In this document: positions 10,444 to 19,821 of the stretch, piece by piece
How positions within the stretch are numbered: position 1 is the first letter of the stretch
Layout of the letters: every line of letters starts with the position of its first letter
Assembly: GCA_050287085.1 (NCBI GenBank)
Contig: JBNKBE010000003.1
Location: 1 to 64,000 of the forward strand
Origin: Polyangiaceae bacterium
GTDB taxonomy: Bacteria; Myxococcota_A; Polyangia; Polyangiales; Polyangiaceae
Direction of reading: 5' to 3'
Length of the DNA: 64,000 nt
Notes under the pieces: generated by a model
Databases searched by the model: none
The model's input: the letters and a program-made list of their open reading frames with translations, nothing else
Told to the model about the DNA's origin: nothing
Made by a program: the position numbers and the translations under genes

Positions 10444-13146
10444 ATGAAGTCCAACATCGTCCCTCGTCACTTTGCGAGGCCCAGCGCGCTGCGCCTCGCA
10501 GCACTGTGTCTGGCCGCGGGTCTCCCGCACTACGCGCTGGCACGCGAGTCCACCGACGAAGCGCCTCCACCCGAGGCGCCGCAGTCACCCGAGGTGCCGC
10601 AGTCACCCGAAGCGCCAGCGCCCGAGACGCACCTCACGCGGGCTCCGGTACTGAAGCGTTTCGTCGCGGCCGAGGTGCTCGCCGATGCGCCACCACTCGA
10701 ACACGACGCCACGGTCTTGCTCGAATTGACTGTACAAGTCGATGGCTCTGTTCGCGACGTGCGCGTCGTGCAAGGCGTCGACAGCTGGCGGAACGACGCA
10801 GCCCAGCAGGCGGTCCAGGGGTTTGCCTTCAGCCCCGCGGAAGTGGACGACAAGCCGGCGCCAGTTCGGATTCGCTACGAATACGTCTTTCTTGGGCCTC
10901 CGAGAGAGGAGGTTAATTCGGAGGTAGCGCTCTCGTCTGAGACGCCCAGCCCCGCACCGGCGCCAGCGGAAGCTCCGACGCCTGCCCCTCCTGGACGACT
11001 CAGCGGGCAATTGCTCGAGAGCGGCACTCGACGCCCAGTAGTCGGAGCTCAAGTGGTCTTGCCAGCCCTGGGGCATCAGACTCTAACAGACGAAGAAGGT
11101 CGCTTCTCTTTCTTTCCCCTGCCCCCGGGTGCCGTCGAATTGGAATTGCTTGCCCCGGAGCACGCGCCCATCCACGACCGCGAGGTAGTAGAGCCCGACG
11201 CCGACACGCGAGTCGTCTACTACACTCAGGAAACGGCGCTCGACGAGGACGAGCTAGTCGCCGTTGGTAAGAAGGAAAGGCTAATCGTCGTGCGCCGGGA
11301 GTTGTCGAGACAAGAGCTGGACACGGCTCCCGGAAGCAACGGGGACGCGCTCCGAGCCGTCCAGAATCTTCCCGGCGTTGCGCGAACGACTGGCGATCAG
11401 CTCGTCTTCCGCGGTTCACGTGCCGGTCGCGTCCTCGTCAACGGCTACCCGATCACAACCGCCTTTCACTTCGGTGGTATCCGAAGCACCGTAGGCAATG
11501 GACTGATCGAGTCACTGTCCTTGTCTCCGGGTAACTACGGCGCCCGCTACGGCGATAGCAATGCCGGCATCATCGACATTCAGACTCGAAGACCCGCCGC
11601 CGACGGAGCCCACGGTTTCGCCCAGATCGACCTCTACGACGCGAGTCTACTCGTAGAAGGACCCGTCAGCGAGAACGCGACACTCGCTTTCGGTGGTCGA
11701 CGTTCATACATCGACGCCGTCCTCAATTGGGCCCTGAGCGATGACGAAAAGAAGGTCTTTCGGACCGCGCCGCGCTACTACGACTTTCAGGGCAGCTACG
11801 ACTGGCAGAGCGGCAAACACCGCGTGCGCTTCAACGCGTTTGGCTCACAAGACCAAATGGTCCTCTACTTGGACGAACCCCTCGAGAACGACCCCGCCGT
11901 GCGCGGAAAGCTCAGCAATCTGACTCGCTGGATCAGTGGACAAGCCCTCTGGGACTACCGCGTCAACGACAAGACCCAGGTGAGCGCAGGGCTTTCGTAT
12001 TTGCTCGACGACCTAGAAGGGAGCCTTGCCGCTAGCGTATATGGGCGCTTCCGAGACCACGTCACGACATTTCGTGGCGATGTGACGCACGAGTTGGCCC
12101 CCTGGCTTAGCGCACGGACGGGCCTACAGGTGAACGCCCACCGGGCAACGCTCAGTGCCAGAGCACCCCAGGCAAACGTTGAGGGAGAGGTCCCGAGCAA
12201 CTTTTCGGCGATGGAGACGGTCGTTGTGAAGGGCGCTCGCAGGCTTTTGAATCCGGCCGCATATCTCGCCGCGGACGTACGCTTGGGTCCACTGCTGCTC
12301 GTCCCAGCGTTGCGTGCGGAGCATGTCTCACGCCCCGACCAGTTCGGAGGCACTGCCCTCCTTATGCCTCGGTTGAGCGCCCGCTACTCCGCTAGCGAAA
12401 CGACTACGCTGCGCGCCGCGGCCGGCTCGTACAGTCGCAACCCGGAATCCTTCGAACTGATCGACGGCTTCGGAAATCCGAGGCTGGAGCCCGAACTCGC
12501 ACGACACTACTCCGCGGGCGTCGAACAGCAACTGAGCACCGCGGCCAATCTCAGCGTAACAGGCTTCTACGCCGACCTGTACCACCAAGTGAGCGTCGTG
12601 GACGCCCCGGATGTCCGCCTCGACAACGGGGGCCGCGGTCGCGCCTACGGCAGTGAGTTCCTGCTCAAACACGACCTGCGGGGGCGCTTCTACGGCTGGG
12701 TCGCCTATACGTTGATGCGCTCCGAGCGACGCGCATCAGGCGACGATCGCTACCGACTCTTCCGCTACGACCAAACGCACAATCTTAGTGCGATTGGTCA
12801 CTACCGCCTCACCCCCACCTGGGACTTGGGCGCTCGCTTCCGTTACGTGTCCGGGAGGCCAACCACTCCAGTCGTGGGAGCTGTCTACGACAGTGACGCA
12901 GACGTCTATACACCACTGCGCGGCCCCGAGGGCAGCGCGCGCCTAGGACCCTTTCACCAGCTAGACGTCCGCGTGGACAAGCATTGGCTATTCGACACCT
13001 GGAAGCTGAGCGCGTATCTCGACGTGCAGAACATCTACAATCACGAGAACCCCGAGGCTGTGAGCTACAACTTCAACTACAGCCGTTCAGGTGTGACGGC
13101 AGGCTTACCGCTCATTCCGTCTTTTGGCTTGAAAGGAGAATTCTAA
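10444..13146 (+). CDS. TonB-dependent receptor with N-terminal TonB_C and carboxypeptidase-regulatory-like domains
   Basis: Signal peptide, TonB_C-like segment, plug (DALRAVQNLPGV), barrel motifs (GNPRLEPE, LDVQNIYN) and terminal Phe (KGEF). Confidence 0.9.
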   Translation: MKSNIVPRHFARPSALRLAALCLAAGLPHYALARESTDEAPPPEAPQSPEVPQSPEAPAPETHLTRAPVLKRFVAAEVLADAPPLEHDATVLLELTVQVDGSVRDVRVVQGVDSWRNDAAQQAVQGFAFSPAEVDDKPAPVRIRYEYVFLGPPREEVNSEVALSSETPSPAPAPAEAPTPAPPGRLSGQLLESGTRRPVVGAQVVLPALGHQTLTDEEGRFSFFPLPPGAVELELLAPEHAPIHDREVVEPDADTRVVYYTQETALDEDELVAVGKKERLIVVRRELSRQELDTAPGSNGDALRAVQNLPGVARTTGDQLVFRGSRAGRVLVNGYPITTAFHFGGIRSTVGNGLIESLSLSPGNYGARYGDSNAGIIDIQTRRPAADGAHGFAQIDLYDASLLVEGPVSENATLAFGGRRSYIDAVLNWALSDDEKKVFRTAPRYYDFQGSYDWQSGKHRVRFNAFGSQDQMVLYLDEPLENDPAVRGKLSNLTRWISGQALWDYRVNDKTQVSAGLSYLLDDLEGSLAASVYGRFRDHVTTFRGDVTHELAPWLSARTGLQVNAHRATLSARAPQANVEGEVPSNFSAMETVVVKGARRLLNPAAYLAADVRLGPLLLVPALRAEHVSRPDQFGGTALLMPRLSARYSASETTTLRAAAGSYSRNPESFELIDGFGNPRLEPELARHYSAGVEQQLSTAANLSVTGFYADLYHQVSVVDAPDVRLDNGGRGRAYGSEFLLKHDLRGRFYGWVAYTLMRSERRASGDDRYRLFRYDQTHNLSAIGHYRLTPTWDLGARFRYVSGRPTTPVVGAVYDSDADVYTPLRGPEGSARLGPFHQLDVRVDKHWLFDTWKLSAYLDVQNIYNHENPEAVSYNFNYSRSGVTAGLPLIPSFGLKGEF

Positions 13147-13955
13147 TGCCGTGCACTCGTACCCCAGGGGCTTCATTCCTGATTGCCCTTCTGTTCTTCG
13201 GCTGCAGCGGAGACTTCGCCCCCCCCACATTGCTCACCGGCTACCGAGTGCTTGGCGTTGAAACGACCCCACCAGAAGCCACTCCCGAGGGGGTCATCGA
13301 GGTCAATGCGCACGACTTCTACGATGGAACGGCAGATCTGGTTCACACTTGGAGCCTCTGTCTTTCGAGCCTGGGCGCCGCCGTAGAATATGAATGCGCG
13401 GATCCAGAGTACGAGTTTCCCGTTGGCGACGGCCCCCAATTGAACCTCGATCTCGGACCCACGGGTTTGGCCATGCGCCAACGACTCGCAGCCCTTCCGC
13501 CGATCGTTGGCCAGGATGGAAAAGTGCGCACCTTGCGCGACGGCTTCGACATCTGGCTGAAGCTCGAGAGCGGCCCGGACTGTCCCAGCTGCGAGTCCAT
13601 CACGACCGTGAAGCGGCTAAGATTGAGTGACGCCGCCCCGCGCGACTCCAACCACAACCCGGAGATCCGTGACTTCATCGTCGTAGGCTCGAGCGCGCCG
13701 GGCGAGACGGTGACGCTGCGTGTCACCACCGATGCGCCCGAGAAGTACTCAGAAGGCCACGAAGAGCGCGAAGAGCAATACCTCTACACCTGGTACACCT
13801 CCGCAGGCACGACAGAGCCTGGCCGGAGCTTCGACGCTGACCGCGAGTCAACCTTGAAGCTTCCGCCACGACCGGCTGAAGTGCTGATCGCAATCGCCGT
13901 CCGGGACGGTCGCGGGGGACTCGCGATTGCGAGAAAGCGGCTCGAGGTACGATAA
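13146..13955 (+). CDS. Lipoprotein associated with the TonB-dependent receptor
   Basis: ATG overlaps the receptor stop (TAATG); lipobox FFGC; NHNP, YTWY and VRDGRGG motifs seen in myxobacterial receptor-adjacent lipoproteins. Confidence 0.75.
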   Translation: MPCTRTPGASFLIALLFFGCSGDFAPPTLLTGYRVLGVETTPPEATPEGVIEVNAHDFYDGTADLVHTWSLCLSSLGAAVEYECADPEYEFPVGDGPQLNLDLGPTGLAMRQRLAALPPIVGQDGKVRTLRDGFDIWLKLESGPDCPSCESITTVKRLRLSDAAPRDSNHNPEIRDFIVVGSSAPGETVTLRVTTDAPEKYSEGHEEREEQYLYTWYTSAGTTEPGRSFDADRESTLKLPPRPAEVLIAIAVRDGRGGLAIARKRLEVR

Positions 13956-13962
13956 CTTCACC

Positions 13963-13978
13963 CCCCGACGGCTCGGGG
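13963..13978. terminator. Hairpin between convergent genes (CCCCGA-CGGC-TCGGGG)
   Basis: Perfect 6-bp stem but no U-tract. Confidence 0.3.
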
Positions 13979-13984
13979 CTACCA

Positions 13985-14563
13985 CTACGCGCTAGCGCGG
14001 GGTGCCCTGGCCGCCTCAGCAGAAAATGCAGCAATCTGGTCGAAGGGCAGGTGGTCGCCCTCGTCGCCGCCATAGTAGGCCGCCTGAATCACGCCGGCCT
14101 CGTCGATCAGAAAATCGGCGGGCAGTGTGGTCATGTCACCTTTGATGACAAGCGGAACATAGCCCCGGGACATGGCGCGAACCAACGTCGGAGCCCGTAG
14201 GACCATACCCTTGATCATACCCGCCATCGAATGCTCAATAGCGTAGCTGCGGTAGGCGGAGCCGTCTTCATCTGCGAGCACGGGAAAGGGTGCGCCATGG
14301 CGTTCACTATGTCGTCGCAAGTTGTCCAGAGGAGAATCAAAGATGGCTACGATGGTAAACCCCGCCTCGAACTCCGAAAAGCGAGTTACCAGTTGGTGCA
14401 TTCGAAGATTGCAGAATGGGCAGCTGGCGAAACGAAAGAATGAGAGCATGAAGCGGCGTCCGACAAGCGACTCGGTGTCAAAGGTCGTACCGTCGATGGC
14501 CGGCTTGGAAATGAAGGGCGCCGTTGTCCCAACGGTCAGGCGGGTGGAGCGTTCAAGGGTCAT
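13985..14563 (-). CDS. AhpC/TSA-family peroxiredoxin-like (thioredoxin-fold) protein
   Basis: FFRFASCPFC motif, FPVLAD, PADFLID; GGAG/AAGAAAG upstream. Confidence 0.85.
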   Translation of the reverse strand: MTLERSTRLTVGTTAPFISKPAIDGTTFDTESLVGRRFMLSFFRFASCPFCNLRMHQLVTRFSEFEAGFTIVAIFDSPLDNLRRHSERHGAPFPVLADEDGSAYRSYAIEHSMAGMIKGMVLRAPTLVRAMSRGYVPLVIKGDMTTLPADFLIDEAGVIQAAYYGGDEGDHLPFDQIAAFSAEAARAPRASA

Positions 14564-14804
14564 GAGTAGCTTCTTTCTTGGGTGGGGAGTTCCGAGCGGC
14601 CAATGCGCTGCGGAACACGAACAAGTCGGCGTTCAACGCTTCGACCCGGCCAGGGGAGCGTCGTCGCCGCCCGAGTCGTCGCCGCAAGAGCCTCGCTGAC
14701 AATGCGCGAAAGCGTGCGCGTCCCGGACGCGAAGCAGTACGCGGGTAGAACCCAGAGGTTTCTTCCGCGCGTTCGACTTCGAAGCAAGCCGGTAGGGGCG
14801 CCGG

Positions 14805-15428
14805 CTAGTGGTCCAGCGAATCGCTCGAGGTCGTTTCCTCAGCGGGCGAACTGCCCGTTGGAACCCACTGACATGTCCCTTTTACACACTGGACCCCGCC
14901 CGGCGCGGGTTGAATGCAGCGATACACACACCGTGAGCAAGACTGATCATAGAGGCGGAGCAGGGGCTCTATCCTCTCGTATGCGGCCATATTCCCAGCA
15001 AAGCTGAAGCAGCCGAAAGGACAGCCCCCAGTCCAGATCGTCTGGCATGGCTCACGCTCGTCGCAACGTTGCGCGTGGTCCAGCTGCTCGCTCAAGACGC
15101 CCACGAGCGCGCGGCACTGCTCCTTCGACAATGGCCTTGAAGCCATCCCAGAGGAGGCAGCGACGGGCTGAGCAAGGGTGGGCGCTGAGCTACGCTCTGC
15201 AGCCGTGGCGCTCGACGCCGCGATGAGCGGGCCCGATTGCGGGGCAAGCGCTGTTGAGCCGAGAGACGAGATCGAGGTGGCGGAGGCGCCCTCCGTCGTT
15301 TTGCTCGGCCCACTTGTCGCGCCCGCCAGCGAAGAGCCTTGCGCGCCTGCTGATGGAGAAGGTCTGGGCCATTCACGCAGGCAAGCGAGGGCGAGGAGCC
15401 CCCACGCCGCCGCACCCAATAGCCTCAT
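14805..15428 (-). CDS. Cys-rich secreted hypothetical protein
   Basis: Signal-like N-terminus (LALAC), Ser/Ala linker and a Cys-rich C-terminal domain (GGCPFGC, CSRCVYRC, CVKGTC). Confidence 0.55.
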   Translation of the reverse strand: MRLLGAAAWGLLALACLREWPRPSPSAGAQGSSLAGATSGPSKTTEGASATSISSLGSTALAPQSGPLIAASSATAAERSSAPTLAQPVAASSGMASRPLSKEQCRALVGVLSEQLDHAQRCDEREPCQTIWTGGCPFGCFSFAGNMAAYERIEPLLRLYDQSCSRCVYRCIQPAPGGVQCVKGTCQWVPTGSSPAEETTSSDSLDH

Positions 15429-15970
15429 ATGCGAGCCACCCACGACAAGACCCTACCATATTCGTCGACCTATCCCACCCAGCGCAGACGACTTCGCCGG
15501 CAGTGGGTTTGCTGCGCCATACGAAGAGCGGCTCGAACCGCGAACGAACGAACCCCTAGCTCCCCTCAGACTAACTGCCAGCTGGACAAATTCTCTGGAA
15601 ACGAGACATCCGCTGTGGCCGAACCAACTGCCCGGTAGGAACGGCTGCGACGACAGGCAATCGCGTTCTGGACCCCGAGTTTGTCCTATTTCGGCACACG
15701 TGCGAGATCACCTTCGCAGCCCATCCTGAGCCAATAAGCAGTGCAACGACGCTAGTAGCCAGCGCACCAGTGCCCATGCCGCTGCCCTGGAGCGGGCAAA
15801 GAGCAGGCAAGCGCTGTGCGAGTGCCACTGTCACCGACTGTCTCAGACAACGGAATGCGTGGCGCACGCCTGCTCCAGGAGTGCCCACCCGAGACAGTGG
15901 AGCTTCCGACCTAAGCAGATCCGCTCTGTGCGTCTGGTCTTTCCTCAGGCAGCTCGGTAGCCTCGCTCCG

Positions 15971-17152
15971 ATGACGATAGGTTCGATGCCCGACTTTCCC
16001 CAGCGCCGCAATAGGACTGGGCTGGCGGCTTCCTTGGTGCTCGGCCTGACCGCAGCTATCGGCTGCTCCATCGCCCTGGATAAGACCCGCCTTCAGTGCT
16101 CGGTAGCGGCCGATTGTCGCGCCCGTGGTGCCGGGTTCTCCGACAGCGTCTGCATTGACAGCTTGTGTGTCGATAAGCACTCACCCGACGCACCAATGAG
16201 TGCAAACGACAGCGGCGCCGGAGGTGACGCGGCGCCTGCGGGGCGGGGGACAGGTGGAAAGGACCCCGCCGATGGCGGCAACGCTGACTCCACCGCCGAT
16301 GGCGGCCCCACGCCCGCCGATGGCATGACCGACGGCGGAGCCGAAGCTCCCGCGAAGGACGCAGGGGAACCGTCCGTCGAGCCGCCTCCCGACAAGCCCA
16401 CCGAACCTGACGGCGGCTCGCTGACGCCAAGCGTAGAATGCACTGCGGATGACGAATGTCCGGGTGTTGAGCTGTGCCAAGCGCAGATGTGTATCGACCC
16501 CTTCGAATGTGAACTTCCGCCAGTCCCGGAGCCGGGCATGTCTGCGATCCGGGTGCCGGTTGTCGATGTCTTCCAGGCGCCGATGGCGAACATTCCGGTC
16601 AAAGCATGCCTCAGCCTGGACACGCAGTGCACCACCCCGTTGGCGAGTGGGAATACGGACGAAAGCGGCGTCCTCTCACTCACGCTTACTAGCCATTTCA
16701 CGGGCTACCTCGAGTTCCAGGTTCCGGGCTTCTTCCCAACCCTCGAATTCCTACCGGAAGACTTGCCGGACGGGACCACGCTGGCGCCGGTTTCACTATC
16801 ACCGGTGCAGGTGATCGACGGTCTGGCGCAAGCGGTCGGGGGCGCCGTCGACCCGGAACGCGGCCACCTCCATGTGCAGATTGCCAACTGCCTCGGAGGC
16901 GCGGAGGGGGTGGCGTTGCGCACCAAGGCGGCCGACGACAATACGATCGGCTACTACACCACCGCCGGTATCCCGTCTGCGGACACCGCGGAAACGAGCG
17001 ATGGTGGCGCCGGGTTCCTGAACCTCCCCGTGGGCACGGCTGTGGTAACGGTGGTAGACGCGGCAACAGAACGTCGATTCGGTCAATACGGCTTCGTGGT
17101 GAGAGCGGGCTTTATCTCCAGCGCAACTCTGCGCCCCATTCACGCCAACTAG
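15971..17152 (+). CDS. Cys-rich lipoprotein with Ig/carboxypeptidase-regulatory-like C-terminal domains
   Basis: Lipobox AIGC, CxxxxDC repeats and an acidic linker; start uncertain (15971 or 15986). Confidence 0.7.
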   Translation: MTIGSMPDFPQRRNRTGLAASLVLGLTAAIGCSIALDKTRLQCSVAADCRARGAGFSDSVCIDSLCVDKHSPDAPMSANDSGAGGDAAPAGRGTGGKDPADGGNADSTADGGPTPADGMTDGGAEAPAKDAGEPSVEPPPDKPTEPDGGSLTPSVECTADDECPGVELCQAQMCIDPFECELPPVPEPGMSAIRVPVVDVFQAPMANIPVKACLSLDTQCTTPLASGNTDESGVLSLTLTSHFTGYLEFQVPGFFPTLEFLPEDLPDGTTLAPVSLSPVQVIDGLAQAVGGAVDPERGHLHVQIANCLGGAEGVALRTKAADDNTIGYYTTAGIPSADTAETSDGGAGFLNLPVGTAVVTVVDAATERRFGQYGFVVRAGFISSATLRPIHAN

Positions 17153-17174
17153 GACAAGAAAAGGACTTACCAAC

Positions 17175-18140
17175 ATGGCCACCAGCTTGCGCGCCCTGTG
17201 CTGCCTTTGCTTCGCGCTTGCGCTCGCGACCCCCAACGCCTGGGCTCAAGAAAGCAGCACTCGCTCTGCTTCTGAACACTTCGATCGAGGTGTGGAGCTG
17301 TACCGAGAAGGCAGTTTGGACGCCGCACTCGTCGAGTTCGAACGAGCCTACGAGCTCATGCCCGACTACCGCTTGCTCTTCAACCTCGCACAGGTACAGG
17401 TGGAACGCGGGGAATACGTAGCCGCCCACAAGCTCTTCGAGCAGTACATGGACCAGGGCGGCTCGAATATCGAGCGCTCACGACGGGACGCCGTGACGCA
17501 AGAGCTCCAATCGCTACGCAAACGCATTGGCGAGGTGGCGGTAGATTCCAACGTCCCCGACGCCGAAGTCTTGGTCAATGGCGTCAACGTCGGTACAACT
17601 CCGCTCAAAGAGCGGATAAGGGTGAACGCCGGCACCGTGGAGCTCACGGTGCAGAAGCGCGGATACTCCGCACGGAGCCACACGGTGAAGGTCGCCGGCG
17701 AAGAACGAGCCCGTGTCGTTTTCCAGCTTGAGCAAGAGCTGAAGGAGCCGCCTGCGCAACGCGAGCGCTCCGGCGGTGTCCCCACCGCGCCGCCGCCCCG
17801 CACGCCCAACTATCTGCCATTTTGGATCAGCACAGGCGTCACCACGACACTCGCCGCCACAGCCGGAGTTTTTGGGTACTTAGCCATTAAGGCGGACAAG
17901 AACCTGAGTAAGGAGTACGACAAGCTACCGGCCGATCCGAAGCGAGTCCACGACTTCAAACACCAGATCTCCACCTATGGCGCGACCTCAGATGGAGTGG
18001 CCGCCGGTGCAATAGTCGCTGCTGCCATCGCCATCTACTACCTGGTTGACCCACCACTCGAACGAGCAGAACCACAATCAGCCGGTGCTCTCGAACTCGT
18101 CCCCCAATCCGGTGGGGTTGCACTAAAAGGCGTGTTCTGA
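17175..18140 (+). CDS. TPR + PEGA domain protein
   Basis: Signal peptide, TPR (HFDRGVELY...FERAYEL), PEGA (AEVLVNG..VGTTPL), C-terminal hydrophobic segments; RBS AAGGA. Confidence 0.85.
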   Translation: MATSLRALCCLCFALALATPNAWAQESSTRSASEHFDRGVELYREGSLDAALVEFERAYELMPDYRLLFNLAQVQVERGEYVAAHKLFEQYMDQGGSNIERSRRDAVTQELQSLRKRIGEVAVDSNVPDAEVLVNGVNVGTTPLKERIRVNAGTVELTVQKRGYSARSHTVKVAGEERARVVFQLEQELKEPPAQRERSGGVPTAPPPRTPNYLPFWISTGVTTTLAATAGVFGYLAIKADKNLSKEYDKLPADPKRVHDFKHQISTYGATSDGVAAGAIVAAAIAIYYLVDPPLERAEPQSAGALELVPQSGGVALKGVF

Positions 18141-18145
18141 TCCCC

Positions 18146-19798
18146 GTGCCCGCTGTGTCGTCGATGCCGCCCCACACGCCTGCTCCATATCTCGGTCGCT
18201 ACCGACTTCTCGCTGAGCTTGGACACGGCGGAATGGGGACAATCCACCTTGCGATCGCGACTGGAACCGGAGATTTCCAGAAGCTAGTCGTGCTCAAGGA
18301 GCTCCGTTCCGAACGAGCCACCGATCCCGCGTTCGTCGAGTTGTTCCTGCGCGAAGCCATGCTCGCAGGTCGGCTCAATCACGCCAACGTGGTGCAGACT
18401 ATCGAGGCGGCGCAAGACGACAATCGCTTGTTCTTGGCTATGGAGTTCTTGGACGGGCAACCCATGACGCAGTTGATGCGTGCCCAAGGGCTGACGCCGA
18501 TCGTCTCCGATCGGTTCATGTTGCAGGTACTGTGCGACACGCTTTCGGGCCTTCACTACGCTCACGAGCTGCAGGACTACGGAGGAGAGCCACTGGGCGT
18601 CGTGCACTGCGACGTATCTCCGCATAACGTTTTCGTGACCTACGACGGTCGCGTCAAAGTGGTCGACTTTGGCATCGCTCGGGCGGCGGGTTCCGGAGAC
18701 GCCGAAGGAGGATTCAGGGGACGCCTCGGGTACGCAGCTCCAGAACAGATCCTAGGTACGCCCGTAGATCGGCGCGCAGACATCTTCGCGGTTGGCGTCA
18801 TGCTTTGGGAGCTCCTGGCGAAGCGCCGTTTCGTGCAGCCCGGTTCGGACGAGCGCGAGACCGTGAGCCATCGCATCGCCGGAGCAGAGCCCAGAATATC
18901 TGCGTTAGTGCCCACACATCCAATGCTGGCTCGCATCTGCGACAAAGCCCTGGATGTGGATCCGGCGAAGCGCTTCCACTCGGCGGAAGAGTTCCGTCAG
19001 GCGCTCAACCACTACCTCCAGGTCTTGGGTGGTCCACTTGATGCCGCCGGCATCGGCTCCTTCATGTCACTCAAATTCGCAGGCGAACGACGCGCGCTGC
19101 ATCAGCTGATCCACACGCACACACGCACCGACGAAACCGAGATTAAGAGTCGTTATGTCACGCTCGATCCGCAAGTCGGCTGCGATGAAGCGACGCGCAT
19201 GGGAGATCTCTCTCCGCTCGTCGAACTCACGCGCGCCGACGCCATCCCATCAGCGCCAAGCACTCCGCTGATCTCCCGCCGACGGCGGATCTGGTACGCA
19301 TTGGGGGGGGCAGCGATCGGCATGGCCGTGCTGGCGGCCGGAGTGTTCGCTTCTAAGGACTACACGCCCGCGGCGCAAACGACAGGCTCGCCGCTCTTGT
19401 CGACAACCCGTCACGCCCTGAAGCCAGCCCCTCTTGCATCGTCGTCAGCGGCCACTATGAACCCGCCCCCAGAACAGGCTCTGCCGTCGGGAACGGCGGA
19501 TGCGTTGCCTCGGCAGGCTCCTTCAGCGCCGCCGGAAGCGGCTCAACCTGAGCGCCGCGAAGCGCCGCCACCCCGTGCCTCTGAATACACCCAACGCCCG
19601 CGCGCCGATGCCGAGCGGGAACGCCCAAGGTCAAAACGTGCGCCCGCCTCAGCGGCTTCCGCGTCCAGCACCGAGAATTCGACCGGCGGCGCCGTCACTC
19701 CGCCCGCTCCAAGCGGCATCGCAAGCGCTGGTCACGATCTCAAGACCCTGGCGCCACGACAGCGCCGACACCTGGATTCTGCCAATCCATTTCGCTGA
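18146..19798 (+). CDS. Membrane Ser/Thr protein kinase
   Basis: GHGGMG, VVLKE, HCDVSPHN, DFG and APE motifs; one TM and a Pro-rich C-terminus. Confidence 0.9.
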   Translation: MPAVSSMPPHTPAPYLGRYRLLAELGHGGMGTIHLAIATGTGDFQKLVVLKELRSERATDPAFVELFLREAMLAGRLNHANVVQTIEAAQDDNRLFLAMEFLDGQPMTQLMRAQGLTPIVSDRFMLQVLCDTLSGLHYAHELQDYGGEPLGVVHCDVSPHNVFVTYDGRVKVVDFGIARAAGSGDAEGGFRGRLGYAAPEQILGTPVDRRADIFAVGVMLWELLAKRRFVQPGSDERETVSHRIAGAEPRISALVPTHPMLARICDKALDVDPAKRFHSAEEFRQALNHYLQVLGGPLDAAGIGSFMSLKFAGERRALHQLIHTHTRTDETEIKSRYVTLDPQVGCDEATRMGDLSPLVELTRADAIPSAPSTPLISRRRRIWYALGGAAIGMAVLAAGVFASKDYTPAAQTTGSPLLSTTRHALKPAPLASSSAATMNPPPEQALPSGTADALPRQAPSAPPEAAQPERREAPPPRASEYTQRPRADAERERPRSKRAPASAASASSTENSTGGAVTPPAPSGIASAGHDLKTLAPRQRRHLDSANPFR

Positions 19799-19821
19799 GT
19801 GGCGCAACGATGGGGCTCTCG

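Noticed and set aside
15780..15910. Cobalamin riboswitch (GCCACTG seen)
   Set aside because: Other conserved elements (GGGAA, B12 box) were not found, and the downstream genes are not B12-related.
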